A stretch of 64,000 bases of DNA. Source: an uncultured Gemmatimonadales bacterium. Lineage in GTDB: Bacteria; Gemmatimonadota; Gemmatimonadetes; Longimicrobiales; Longimicrobiaceae. The notes under the pieces were generated by a model. The model did no database searches, was not told where the DNA came from, and saw only the letters and a list, made by a program, of their open reading frames with translations. How positions within the stretch are numbered: the first letter of the stretch is position 1; every line of letters begins with the position of its first letter. A program made the position numbers and the translations under genes. Of the stretch, positions 24,748 to 33,554 are shown one piece after another. The stretch covers positions 3,072,001 to 3,136,000 of the forward strand of contig OY970303.1 of the NCBI GenBank assembly GCA_963716255.1, given 5' to 3'.

Positions 24748-26211
24748 TCAGCCGGCCGTGCCCGCCACCACGCGCTTGGCCTGCGTGCCCGCCTCCAGCA
24801 CCGCGCTCCCGTCCGCCACCCCGTTCGCGATCGCCAGCTCCGCCAGCGGAATCGTCGAGGGGTAGCGCTGGTTGAACTCCGCCAGCGTCATGCGCCGGTC
24901 CACGCGCACCACCCGGATCCGGGTGGGCTGCACCGCCAGCGCCCGGGGGTCGGTGAGCTGCGCGAAGCTCCCCACCGTCTGCCGGAATAGCGCGTCGTAC
25001 GCCCCCAGCTGCCCGCTCCCGGTGTAGGAGATCACCTCGTAGACGCGCCCGCCGTACGAGATCCACGCCGCCACCCCCTCCACCACCCCCTGCTGCGTCT
25101 GCGCGCGGAAGTAGCCCACCACGGCGGGGAGCCCGCCCACCGTCTCGCGCCCCGTCTGCCCCTGCTGCACCCCCTGCGCAAAGAAGCGCTGCGCCGCCGC
25201 CTCCGGGCTGGCCACCCCCTCCGCCAGGGTGAGCTGCATCACCGCGTCCTGGCGCGGGCTCACCGCCGTCACCGCCTGCGGCAGGTTCTGCGTCGCCCAC
25301 CCCTGCGGAAAAGTGACGCGGAACCGCAGCTCCGGGTGCTGAAAGACCCCGCCCTGGAAGAAGCCGTTGCGCGGGTTCTCGCCGTACGCCAGCCCGTCGA
25401 TGCGCTGCAGGTACTCCGCCCGGCGCCCCACCAGCCCCGGCGGGAGGTTTGCCGTGTCGAGCCGCGCCTGCACCGCGCGGATCCGCTCCGCCGGGGCGGG
25501 GTGCGTGGACAGCCACGAGGGGAGCGGGCTCTGCCCCTCCGCCTCCCCCACCCGCTGCAGGGCCGCGAACACGTCCGCCATCTCCCGCACGTCGTAGCCC
25601 TGCGAGCGGGCGTAGCGGAAGCCCAGGTCGTCCGCCTGGCGCTCCGCGTCGCGGCCATGGCTCAGGAACAGGAGCTGGAGCCCCCCGGAGGCCAGCCCGC
25701 CCAGCTGCTGCGCCGCCCCCGGGAAGAGGATGGAGCCCACCCCCAGCCCGATCTGCGCCAGCTGCGCGCGGCTGATCTGCGTCGCCGAGTGGCGCGCCGT
25801 CACGTGGCCGATCTCGTGCCCCAGCACGCTCGCCAGCTCCGCCTCCGAGTTGACGACCCCCAGCAGCCCGCGGGTGACGAAGATGAAGCCGCCGGGAAGC
25901 GCGAACGCGTTGGGCGTGGCGTCGTCCACCACCCGGAAGCTCCAGGGCAGGCCCGGCCTTTCCGAGCGCGCCGCCAGCCCCGCCCCGATACGCTGCACGT
26001 AGTCCTGGAGCGCCTTGTCCTCCACCAGCCCGATGCTCTGCGCCGCCTCCTGCGAGGCCTGCTGCCCGATCTGGATCTCCTGCGACTCCGACACCAGCGA
26101 CAGCTGCCTCTGTCCCGTCACGGGGTTCACCGCGCAGCCCGCGAGCGGCATCATTGCGCAGAGCGCGGCGAGCAGGAGCGTCGCCTGGGGCAAGCGGAGC
26201 GTGGGGGCCAT
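24748..26211 (-). CDS. M48 family zinc metalloprotease, lipoprotein, with C-terminal LysM-like region
   Basis: LAGC lipobox, NAFALPGG, HEIGH, ERQAD, STHP. Confidence 0.93.
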   Translation of the reverse strand: MAPTLRLPQATLLLAALCAMMPLAGCAVNPVTGQRQLSLVSESQEIQIGQQASQEAAQSIGLVEDKALQDYVQRIGAGLAARSERPGLPWSFRVVDDATPNAFALPGGFIFVTRGLLGVVNSEAELASVLGHEIGHVTARHSATQISRAQLAQIGLGVGSILFPGAAQQLGGLASGGLQLLFLSHGRDAERQADDLGFRYARSQGYDVREMADVFAALQRVGEAEGQSPLPSWLSTHPAPAERIRAVQARLDTANLPPGLVGRRAEYLQRIDGLAYGENPRNGFFQGGVFQHPELRFRVTFPQGWATQNLPQAVTAVSPRQDAVMQLTLAEGVASPEAAAQRFFAQGVQQGQTGRETVGGLPAVVGYFRAQTQQGVVEGVAAWISYGGRVYEVISYTGSGQLGAYDALFRQTVGSFAQLTDPRALAVQPTRIRVVRVDRRMTLAEFNQRYPSTIPLAELAIANGVADGSAVLEAGTQAKRVVAGTAG

Positions 26212-26300
26212 GCCGATCCTCCGGTTCGGGTCGTGTTTTATTCCGGGGGCGGGGAGCAAGAAGCGCTCCCATGGCACAGGGAACGGCACCGGATTACAGC

Positions 26301-26437
26301 GGGTTTGGGCGTGTCCCCGGCTGGCGCCGGGGTCGGGCTTCGGCTCCGTAAGCCCGCAAACGACGCGGGCTAACGGAGTCGAGCCCCGACGATACTGCTG
26401 TCGGGTCTCGCCCCTTCGGGCCGAAATCCCTCACGCG
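26301..26437 (+). ncRNA. Structured multi-hairpin repeat, copy 1 (candidate ncRNA)
   Basis: GGGCGTG...GGGGTCGGGCTTCGGCTCCGT...ACGGAGTCGAGCCC...GGTCTCGCCCCTTCGGGCCG...ATCCCTCACGC; three copies in the window with covarying stems. Confidence 0.7.
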
Positions 26438-26445
26438 ACGGCAGG

Positions 26446-26488
26446 CCCCCTCCCCCCGGCCCCCTCCCCCGCAGGCGGGGGAGGGGGA
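26446..26488. repeat. C-rich/G-rich REP-like palindrome
   Basis: CCCCCTCCCCCCGGCCCCCTCCCCCGCAGGCGGGGGAGGGGGA; related copies at 38923-39018. Confidence 0.6.
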
Positions 26489-26594
26489 GCACCACACCAA
26501 ACCCGCAGTTGGCCCCTCTCCCAGAATTGGAAGTGGAGGGCGAGCCTCGCGCGAGCCAGGTGAGGGCCCGCCGTTGCAGGCAGTTCCCTGTTCC

Positions 26595-27680
26595 CTACAC
26601 GTGCGCGTCCGCGTCGAACCCCAGCGCGTCCAGCAGGCGGTTGAACGCTGCCGGCGGCAGGTGCCCGCCGGAGGCCTGGTCGTGGCCGTTGCCGTAGTTG
26701 GGGCCGGCGCCGTGCGGGCCCAGGTCCACCGAGCGGAGGATGGAGGGGAGGACCAGGTCGGCGCGCGCCGTGCGCATGCTGAAGGCGACCACGCCCGGGA
26801 GGTAGCCGCGGTTCGCCGCCAGGACCGCGAACCTGGGGAGGCGGCCGCGCCACTGCTGTGCGATCAGCGGGTGGATCTGGCAGGGGGAGTCCAGGTGGAG
26901 CAGAGCGAAGGTGCCCTCCGCGGCGAACCGGGGGGCCGCGCGGCGCGCCTTCGCCAGCTCCGCGGCGACCTCGGCGCGGTAGGCGCGCAGCCGGTCCGCC
27001 CCGCGGGCATCGTCCTCCACCAGCGCCCGGGGACCGTCCGCCTCCAGCAGCAGCCGCAGCGGCGTCGCCACGTCGAACTCGCGCGCCCGCCGGGCCGCAT
27101 TGACCAGCACCACCGCTTCCTTGAGCCACTTCGCCGTGTGCCGCTTCTTCGCGGCGGGCAGCGCCGGCCAGGGGGCGCGGTCGCCCAGGTCGCTCAGCGT
27201 TCCCACCGCCGCGATCCAGTCCAGGTCCGCGACGTCGGCCAGGGGGAGGAGGAGGTCGTACGCCATCCACCCCGAAGCGGGGATCGGGTCCCACCCGTAG
27301 CCGGAGACCACCACGGCGCCCTCCGGCTCCCCCTCCGGACGGTGGTGGTCCACGTACAGCGTGGGGACGCCGGGCAGCACCCCGGCGCGGTTCACCCCCA
27401 GGTCGGCCACGATCAGCGCATCCGGATGCATCGCCGCCAGCCGCCCGCGTGCCGCCTCGCCGAACGCCGATTCCCCCCGGTCCGAGTGCACCACCCGCAC
27501 GTCCCGGAAGCCCAGCCGGTGCAGCCCCCTCCCCAGCAGCGCCCCCGCCGCCAGCCCGTCCGCGTCGAAGTGGCAGAACACCACCACGCGCGCGGAGGGG
27601 TCCAGGCGGTGCAGGAAGGCGGCGAACGCCGCGCGCGCCGGACCGAGGGCGTCCTCCATGGGGACGGGCATGGGCATCAC
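26595..27680 (-). CDS. DHH family phosphoesterase (RecJ/NrnA-like)
   Basis: HFDADG, ADLG, VDHH, GTLSD and GH..ASGG motifs. Confidence 0.88.
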   Translation of the reverse strand: MMPMPVPMEDALGPARAAFAAFLHRLDPSARVVVFCHFDADGLAAGALLGRGLHRLGFRDVRVVHSDRGESAFGEAARGRLAAMHPDALIVADLGVNRAGVLPGVPTLYVDHHRPEGEPEGAVVVSGYGWDPIPASGWMAYDLLLPLADVADLDWIAAVGTLSDLGDRAPWPALPAAKKRHTAKWLKEAVVLVNAARRAREFDVATPLRLLLEADGPRALVEDDARGADRLRAYRAEVAAELAKARRAAPRFAAEGTFALLHLDSPCQIHPLIAQQWRGRLPRFAVLAANRGYLPGVVAFSMRTARADLVLPSILRSVDLGPHGAGPNYGNGHDQASGGHLPPAAFNRLLDALGFDADAHV

Positions 27681-27740
27681 GCGGGCAGGGGGATCGGGGA
27701 GCGAAACGGCCGGCGCCGCACCCGGAAGATCCGGGCCCGT

Positions 27741-28121
27741 TCAGCCGGGTTCTCCCTGGCCCGCGGCCCACGCGGCCTGCACCACGGCCGTCCCCACCGC
27801 GTCCACGCCCGGGAAACCGTTCTCGAAGAGCAGGTCCACGTTGCCGAAAAAGGCCGCGAGCAGCCCCGGGTCGCCCCCCAGGAGCAGGGCGGCCGCGTCC
27901 GGCCCGCCGCCCTCCCCCGGTGGGGCCGCCGCCGCCTTCAGGACGCGGATCGCGCGGAGTGCCACCTTCCTTTCGCGCGCCGGGGAGCGGTCACGCCCGC
28001 CCGGCACCAGCGGCGAGCCGAGCTGCGCCGCCACCGCTTCCAGGAAAGGGAGCGCCGCCCCTCCCGCCTCGGTTCCCAGCTCCGCCTCCGCCAGCGCCGC
28101 TACCATCCCTTCGTCGCTCAT
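27741..28121 (-). CDS. Hypothetical protein
   Basis: ATG after GGAGGAGG; natural-looking helical composition. Confidence 0.55.
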   Translation of the reverse strand: MSDEGMVAALAEAELGTEAGGAALPFLEAVAAQLGSPLVPGGRDRSPARERKVALRAIRVLKAAAAPPGEGGGPDAAALLLGGDPGLLAAFFGNVDLLFENGFPGVDAVGTAVVQAAWAAGQGEPG

Positions 28122-28434
28122 GCCTCCTCCCCGGGTTCGTCGAATCCACGCGGCCAAAAAGGTTGGAGCGCCCCGGGCTACGGGCGCAAGCCGGGCGGGG
28201 GCAGACGGCGATCCGGCACAGCAAGCCTTCCAATCTACCGGATATTGGGCTATATTGTTCACCTGCAATCACTTGAACGATGGCGACGCGTCCGGCTGGC
28301 ACCATCCCTGCACTATCCCCGGTGTCCCCACGCACCGCGACCCGGGGGTCCGGAAGCCGGAAGTCCAGCAGATCCGCGGTGTTTCGGCGCCCCGAGGGGC
28401 GCGAACTGGTTCAGCGAACAGCAGGAGTTGGCTC

Positions 28435-28980
28435 ATGCGTGTCCTCAATCTCGCCCTCGTCCTGTCCACCGTGGTGGGCACCGCCGCCTGCGATCGCCAG
28501 GCCGCGCCCGCGCCGTCGGACCTGAGCTGGCTCGACACGCTCGAGCTGCAGAGCACCCCGGCGCAGGCCGTCGTGTCTCCCATGGAGCTCGGGCTGGTCC
28601 ACACGGCGCACGTGGAAACCCCTGCGCCCGCGCCGGAGGTGGAAGCCGTGGAGGAAGCGCCGGTGAAGACCGCGGCGCGCTCGTCGTCCAGCTCCAGCAG
28701 CAGCCGCTCGTCCAGCCGCCGCAGCTCGGGCACCTACTCCAGCGGCAGCTCCGGCGGCGGGTACGAGGCCCCGGCCCCGCGGGCTCGCACGGTGACCCGC
28801 AAGAACACCAAGCGTGACGCGGCCGTGGGCGCGGTGGTCGGCGCCGGCGTGGGCGCGGTCGCGGGCGGGTCGCGCCACCGGGTCAAGGGCGCGCTGATCG
28901 GCGCCGCCGTGGGCGGCATCGCCGGCGCGGTGATCGGCAACAACGTGGACAAGTCGACCCGCACGGTGTACGACTACTGA
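28435..28980 (+). CDS. Glycine-zipper (YMGG-like) lipoprotein
   Basis: Lipobox TAAC; Ser-rich linker; GAVVGAGVGAVAG...GALIGAAVGGIAGAVIG; AGGAG RBS. Confidence 0.85.
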   Translation: MRVLNLALVLSTVVGTAACDRQAAPAPSDLSWLDTLELQSTPAQAVVSPMELGLVHTAHVETPAPAPEVEAVEEAPVKTAARSSSSSSSSRSSSRRSSGTYSSGSSGGGYEAPAPRARTVTRKNTKRDAAVGAVVGAGVGAVAGGSRHRVKGALIGAAVGGIAGAVIGNNVDKSTRTVYDY

Positions 28981-29097
28981 CGGGCGGTCGGCCCCCGGGC
29001 TCCCGGCGCCCCCATCCCCCCGCGGGACGGGGGCGCCGCCGCTTCCGAACGGAGGCTCGCCCGCAAGCTCATGCGCGGCAGGGAGTTGCGCGAGGCC

Positions 29098-29125
29098 TTG
29101 ACGCCAGGGCGGATTTTTATATGTT
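29098..29125 (+). promoter_or_regulatory. Sigma70-type promoter of the tRNA operon
   Basis: TTGACG-N16-TATGTT about 20 nt upstream of the first tRNA. Confidence 0.6.
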
Positions 29126-29146
29126 TGTGCCCCGCAACAATTTGAA

Positions 29147-29219
<73 letters not shown>

Positions 29220-29243
29220 CTGGGAAAAACATAGGTTGGTTGT

Positions 29244-29317
<74 letters not shown>

Positions 29318-29325
29318 CCTGGTAT

Positions 29326-29409
29326 GCTCCGGTGGCGGAATTGGTAGACGCGCTAGATTCAGGATCTAGTGGGCGTAAGCCCGTGGAGGTTCGAGTCCTC
29401 TCCAGAGCA
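29326..29409 (+). tRNA. tRNA-Leu(CAG)
   Basis: CTAGA-TT-CAG-GA-TCTAG; long variable arm GGGCGTAAGCCC. Confidence 0.93.
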
Positions 29410-29417
29410 TTGGTGCT

Positions 29418-29490
29418 GCCCCGTTCGTCTAGTGGCCTAGGACAACGCCCTCTCACGGCGTAAACAGGGGTTCGATTCCCCTACGGGGTA
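29418..29490 (+). tRNA. tRNA-Glu(CTC)
   Basis: ACGCC-CT-CTC-AC-GGCGT; GGTTCGATTCC. Confidence 0.94.
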
Positions 29491-29501
29491 CTGCGGGAAA
29501 C

Positions 29502-29574
29502 GCGGGAGTAGCTCAGTTGGTAGAGCATCAGCTTCCCAAGCTGAGGGTCGCGGGTTCGAGCCCCGTCTCCCGCT
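29502..29574 (+). tRNA. tRNA-Gly(CCC)
   Basis: Acceptor GCGGGAG/CTCCCGC; TCAGC-TT-CCC-AA-GCTGA. Confidence 0.95.
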
Positions 29575-29580
29575 TCGTTT

Positions 29581-29654
29581 GCCCACTTAGCTCAGTTGGT
29601 TAGAGCATCTGACTGTTAATCAGAGGGTCCCAGGTTCGAGTCCTGGAGTGGGCG
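29581..29654 (+). tRNA. tRNA-Asn(GTT)
   Basis: Acceptor GCCCACT/AGTGGGC; TCTGA-CT-GTT-AA-TCAGA. Confidence 0.93.
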
Positions 29655-29666
29655 CTTGCTAAGTCG

Positions 29667-29700
29667 AGCCCCGGCAGCCATTTAGGTTGCCGGGGCTTTT
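29667..29700 (+). terminator. Intrinsic terminator of the tRNA operon
   Basis: AGCCCCGGCAGCC-ATTTA-GGTTGCCGGGGCT-TTT. Confidence 0.85.
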
Positions 29701-30146
29701 CGCATCCTGCCGCCCGGTGGGAAAGGTGTGGGATAGGTTGCTAATGCGACCCCTCGCAGCGCCGCCGGCCCCGGTGCCCTCAGGTGCTGCCGCGTCTTCC
29801 GCCGCGCCTTGGCCGCACGCGCCCTCACCAGCTCTCTCTGCTGGTCCTCGTAGACCCGTTCGCGGGTGGACCTTCGGCGTGCACGCTCACCAGGTTCAGC
29901 GCCCGCGCACTGCTGCACCGTACCCGCGAAACCCGAGATTCGTCTGCCCGCGACGGCTAGCCCAAGGACGACACGGGAATGTTGTTCGGTGCCGAGCCGC
30001 GGGTTAATCTGTTCTCATACGCACTGCATGGAGGGTCGGACGCGGAGGTGTTCGGTGCCGGCCTCCGAGCCCCACTGACCAGATCGCGCGGACATCGCAG
30101 AACTGCGGGGTTGCGCGGGTACATTCACCACCCGGGAGAGGAGACG

Positions 30147-30845
30147 ATGCCGACGAATTCGTCAACGGAAACAGTTGTCGCAACGCCTTCGAGAGGCAGA
30201 GCCGCACTCCGCCTGCCCGGCGACGGTAGGCCCTGCTCCTGGATATGGCCCGCGCTGCGGACCGGGAGATCCAGGAAAGGCTGGGCGTGCGCGGTGATCA
30301 TCGCAGCCCTCCTTGGCGCCGCCACGCCCGCCCGGGCCAGGGCGTCGCAGCGCAGCGATGCGACCCCGGCCGCAACCGTCCAGGGAGCGGGCGGGGGGAG
30401 CTTTCTACCGGGGGCTGCGGCCGGATCGGCACCGGACACGATCCCCAGGCGCAGCTCTCTCCCCACGAGGGAGATGCGTGGGTTCCGCTTCCGGCTTCTC
30501 GGGTGTGAGCGCAGCAGCGCCTCGGTTCGGTGCACCCTCCAAGTGACCAGTCTCCGCGGGGACCGACCGCTCAGGCTCTGTGCTCAGTACGATTGCGGAG
30601 GCGATGCCGTCTCCGTCGCGTTTTCCGGGAGCGGGATCGACCACCGCGCCAAGCATGGGGTTCTGGGCTCGCGAAACAATTACGCGCAAGTTCGTAATGA
30701 ACTGATCGAAGGCGAGCCGATGAACGCCGCCGTGGATTTCCACGATGTGCCGACGAGAGCCTCGACCCTGACCCGTCTGCGCGTGGCGTTCGACGATGGA
30801 GACGGGGGCTTCTACGTTCCGTTCACACAGGTCAATATTCGGTGA
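30147..30845 (+). CDS. Hypothetical exported protein with C-terminal beta-sandwich domain
   Basis: GAGGAG RBS before MPTNSS; hydrophobic segment; GCE...VRC domain shared with the next gene. Start uncertain. Confidence 0.55.
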   Translation: MPTNSSTETVVATPSRGRAALRLPGDGRPCSWIWPALRTGRSRKGWACAVIIAALLGAATPARARASQRSDATPAATVQGAGGGSFLPGAAAGSAPDTIPRRSSLPTREMRGFRFRLLGCERSSASVRCTLQVTSLRGDRPLRLCAQYDCGGDAVSVAFSGSGIDHRAKHGVLGSRNNYAQVRNELIEGEPMNAAVDFHDVPTRASTLTRLRVAFDDGDGGFYVPFTQVNIR

Positions 30846-30990
30846 GAACTCTGCCACGCCCGTGAGTTCTTCCTGGTTCGCTGCATGAGCGGTTTCCCGC
30901 TCGTGGTTGCCCTCCAATCCCCCCTGGCGAACACGGGGGAGCTGGTGCCGGGACAGCGGCTGCTACCCGTTGGGAGGAGGATGCACGAGG

Positions 30991-31608
30991 ATGAGGATAC
31001 CGAAGTGGTTGCATAGAAATTGGATCGCGCTCGCGGGCCTGCTTCTCACCGTGATGTCGGTCGTGGTGGCGGTCACCACGCCAGAGATCCGGATATGGCT
31101 TGAACTGCAGGAGGACGGCCCATCCCCGGAGCCGGGGAGCAGTCCAGCCACGGCCCCGGATTCCAGCGTTGACCCTGCCCCGGGGCCTGGGGTCAAGGTC
31201 GCCACTTCTCCGTCGGTGCGGATCATTCCGCTGCACGGGTACGACACCGGCTTGTCGGTTCAGGTCTCCGGTTGCGAGGCCGTGTTTTCCGCCGTGCGGT
31301 GCGACCTGCGGCTTCAGAACCACCTTCCTTTCGACCAGACGATCGGGCTCGGGACGGAAGGATCGTTCGCGGTCGACGCTCGTGGTTTTGACTACCCCGC
31401 CGGCTGGGTCACGCTGGGGACGGCGGGTAATCCTTCGAGCGCTGCAAGGCTCCTTCGGCCAGGCGTTTCGCTCACCGGGTCCGTCTCCTTCAACTCGATG
31501 ACCGCCGCTCGAGGCGAGGTGATCTCCCGGGTGCGGGTCGGGGTGGAGGTGGACAGCGTACATCATCTCGACTTTCCAAACGTCCTCATCAGCGAGACCG
31601 GGTCGTAG
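30991..31608 (+). CDS. Membrane-anchored hypothetical protein, paralogous C-terminal domain
   Basis: N-terminal TM helix, Pro/Ser linker, SGCE...VRCDL domain. Confidence 0.65.
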   Translation: MRIPKWLHRNWIALAGLLLTVMSVVVAVTTPEIRIWLELQEDGPSPEPGSSPATAPDSSVDPAPGPGVKVATSPSVRIIPLHGYDTGLSVQVSGCEAVFSAVRCDLRLQNHLPFDQTIGLGTEGSFAVDARGFDYPAGWVTLGTAGNPSSAARLLRPGVSLTGSVSFNSMTAARGEVISRVRVGVEVDSVHHLDFPNVLISETGS

Positions 31609-31665
31609 CTGGAGCGCCCCGATGACAGGTGGGTTCGCTGGCGATTGGGCACTCGTCGGCGACGG

Positions 31666-31700
31666 AAAGGCCCGGGCCACTTGCGCGGCCAGGGCCTTTT
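31666..31700. terminator. Bidirectional terminator
   Basis: AAAGGCCCGGGCC...GGCCAGGGCCTTTT between convergent genes. Confidence 0.7.
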
Positions 31701-31732
31701 GCATCCCCCTGCCGCGCGTGGCGCGGCCGGGG

Positions 31733-32392
31733 CTACGCCGGCTCGCCCGTGCCCAGCGCGTCGACGGCGGCCCGGTGGCAGGCGTCCAGCTCGTCGCTGC
31801 CGGTGACGCACATCCCCAGGTCGCGCACCAGGCCGTCCCGGATCCCGTACACCCACCCGTGCACCGCCAGGTCCTGCCCGCGCGCCCACGCGTCGCGCAC
31901 GATGGTGGTCTGGCTGACGTTGACCACCTGCTCGATGACGTTCAGCTCGCACAGGCGGTTCACCCGCGCGCCCTCGTCCGGGATGGCGGCCAGCTGCTCG
32001 CGGTGCTTCTGCTGCACGTCCTGCACGTGGCGGAGCCAGTTGTCGATGAGCCCCAGCTTGTCGTCGCGCAGCGCCGCCGCCACGCCGCCGCAGCCGTAGT
32101 GTCCCACCACGAGGACGTGCCTCACCCGCAGCACGTCCACCGCGAACTGGAGCACCGACAGGCAGTTGAGGTCGGTGTGCGCCACCACGTTCGCCACGTT
32201 GCGGTGCACGAACAGCTCGCCGGGGAGCAGCCCGACGATCTGGTTGGCGGGGACGCGGCTGTCCGAGCAGCCGATCCACAGGTACTCGGGGGCCTGCTGC
32301 TGCGAGAGCCGGGCGAAGAAGCCGGGCTCGCGCTCGCAGATCTCCGCGGCCCAGGCACGGTTGTTGGCGATCAGGTGGGTCAGCGCTCGCAT
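31733..32392 (-). CDS. can: Beta-class carbonic anhydrase
   Basis: WIGCSDSRVP, FVHRNVAN, GHYGCGG. Confidence 0.96.
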   Translation of the reverse strand: MRALTHLIANNRAWAAEICEREPGFFARLSQQQAPEYLWIGCSDSRVPANQIVGLLPGELFVHRNVANVVAHTDLNCLSVLQFAVDVLRVRHVLVVGHYGCGGVAAALRDDKLGLIDNWLRHVQDVQQKHREQLAAIPDEGARVNRLCELNVIEQVVNVSQTTIVRDAWARGQDLAVHGWVYGIRDGLVRDLGMCVTGSDELDACHRAAVDALGTGEPA

Positions 32393-32509
32393 CGTTCTCC
32401 GGGTGGCGGCTCGCCGCGCTCCCCGCGAAGCGCCCCGGGAACGGGCGCGGCGGTGCGCGTGGGCCGGAATATACCCCGCACGGCGCGGGCGGAAACCCCG
32501 CGTCCGCGC

Positions 32510-33022
32510 TCAGCGCTCCACTACGGGGGGAAGCGGCTTTTCCAGCAGCACGAAGTCCTGCCCGTACCAGTGGTCGGTCACGGTGCAGATCTCCCGGAAG
32601 CCGGCCCGCGCCAGCGCGCGGCGGGAGGGGAGGTTGTCGGTGCGCGAATCGCACCAGACCTTGTGGATGCCGCGGGCGCCGGTGGCCCCCTCCAGGCGCG
32701 CCAGGAGCAGGTCCGCCACGCCCGCCCCGCGCCACGCCGGGTGCACCCCGAACCACGACAGCCAGACCAGGCCGTCGTCGTAGCGGCTGACGCAGAAGCC
32801 GACGACGTCGCCGCCGGCCTTTGCCACCAGCACGGCATCCGGATCGGCGCCCGCGGCCTCCCGCAGCGCCTCCTCCCCGTACTTGCCGGTCTCGGAGCGC
32901 TTCGCGTCGTCGCTGTAGTACGGGACGGCGGCGATCACCTCCCGCATCAGCGCGGCGACGCGGGCGGCGTCGCGCGGGTCCAGCCGGTCGACGTGGACCG
33001 GCGTCGCGGCCGGGCGGCTCAT
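32510..33022 (-). CDS. GNAT family N-acetyltransferase
   Basis: FGVHPAWRGAGVA acetyl-CoA motif; N..S...L...GF; ATGA overlap with the upstream gene. Confidence 0.88.
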   Translation of the reverse strand: MSRPAATPVHVDRLDPRDAARVAALMREVIAAVPYYSDDAKRSETGKYGEEALREAAGADPDAVLVAKAGGDVVGFCVSRYDDGLVWLSWFGVHPAWRGAGVADLLLARLEGATGARGIHKVWCDSRTDNLPSRRALARAGFREICTVTDHWYGQDFVLLEKPLPPVVER

Positions 33023-33402
33023 TCCTCCGGGAGGGCGCGGGGGTAGACCTTGACGACGTCCCAGCGGCGGATCTCCACCTTGCCGGCCGGGAAGCCGCGG
33101 GGCTTGCGGACGTCGGAGGCGCGGCAGACGTGCACCTCCACCTTGCCGCGCGCCTCCTTCGCCTTGGAGTAAAAGGCCGCGAGCTGTGCGGCGTATTCGA
33201 CCACCGCGCGCGGCAGCGAGTCCAGCCTGTCCGGGTTGCGGACCACCACGTGGCTCCCGGCGTAGCCGGAGGCGTGCATCCACAGGTCGGCGGGCGACGC
33301 GACGCGGAAGGTGAGCTCGTCGTTGTCGCGCGCGCCCTTGCCCACCAGGATCTCGAACCCTTCGGCCTGGTACGTACGCCAGCCGGTTCCCTTGCTCGCC
33401 AC
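33019..33402 (-). CDS. Stand-alone NFACT RNA-binding domain (DUF814) protein
   Basis: ILVGKGARDNDELT, DLWMHASGYAGSHVVV, AAQLAAFYSKA, VRKP. Confidence 0.9.
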   Translation of the reverse strand: MASKGTGWRTYQAEGFEILVGKGARDNDELTFRVASPADLWMHASGYAGSHVVVRNPDRLDSLPRAVVEYAAQLAAFYSKAKEARGKVEVHVCRASDVRKPRGFPAGKVEIRRWDVVKVYPRALPEE

Positions 33403-33554
33403 TTCGCTCCCTGCCTCGCTCCGGGTGCCTGGATCGTCGGGCCGGAATCGTAGCATTCCCGCGCCTCCCGGGCGAGACCCGCGGCGCGCGCTGGCGCCGC
33501 GGGAGAGCGGCGGCGTACAATCCCGCGGATCCCGCTCCCCTTCCTCCCGCGCCC

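Noticed and set aside
29682..29918. Possible integrase C-terminal remnant beside tRNA-Asn
   Set aside because: No recognisable catalytic R-H-R-H-Y residues and no duplicated tRNA 3' end found by eye.
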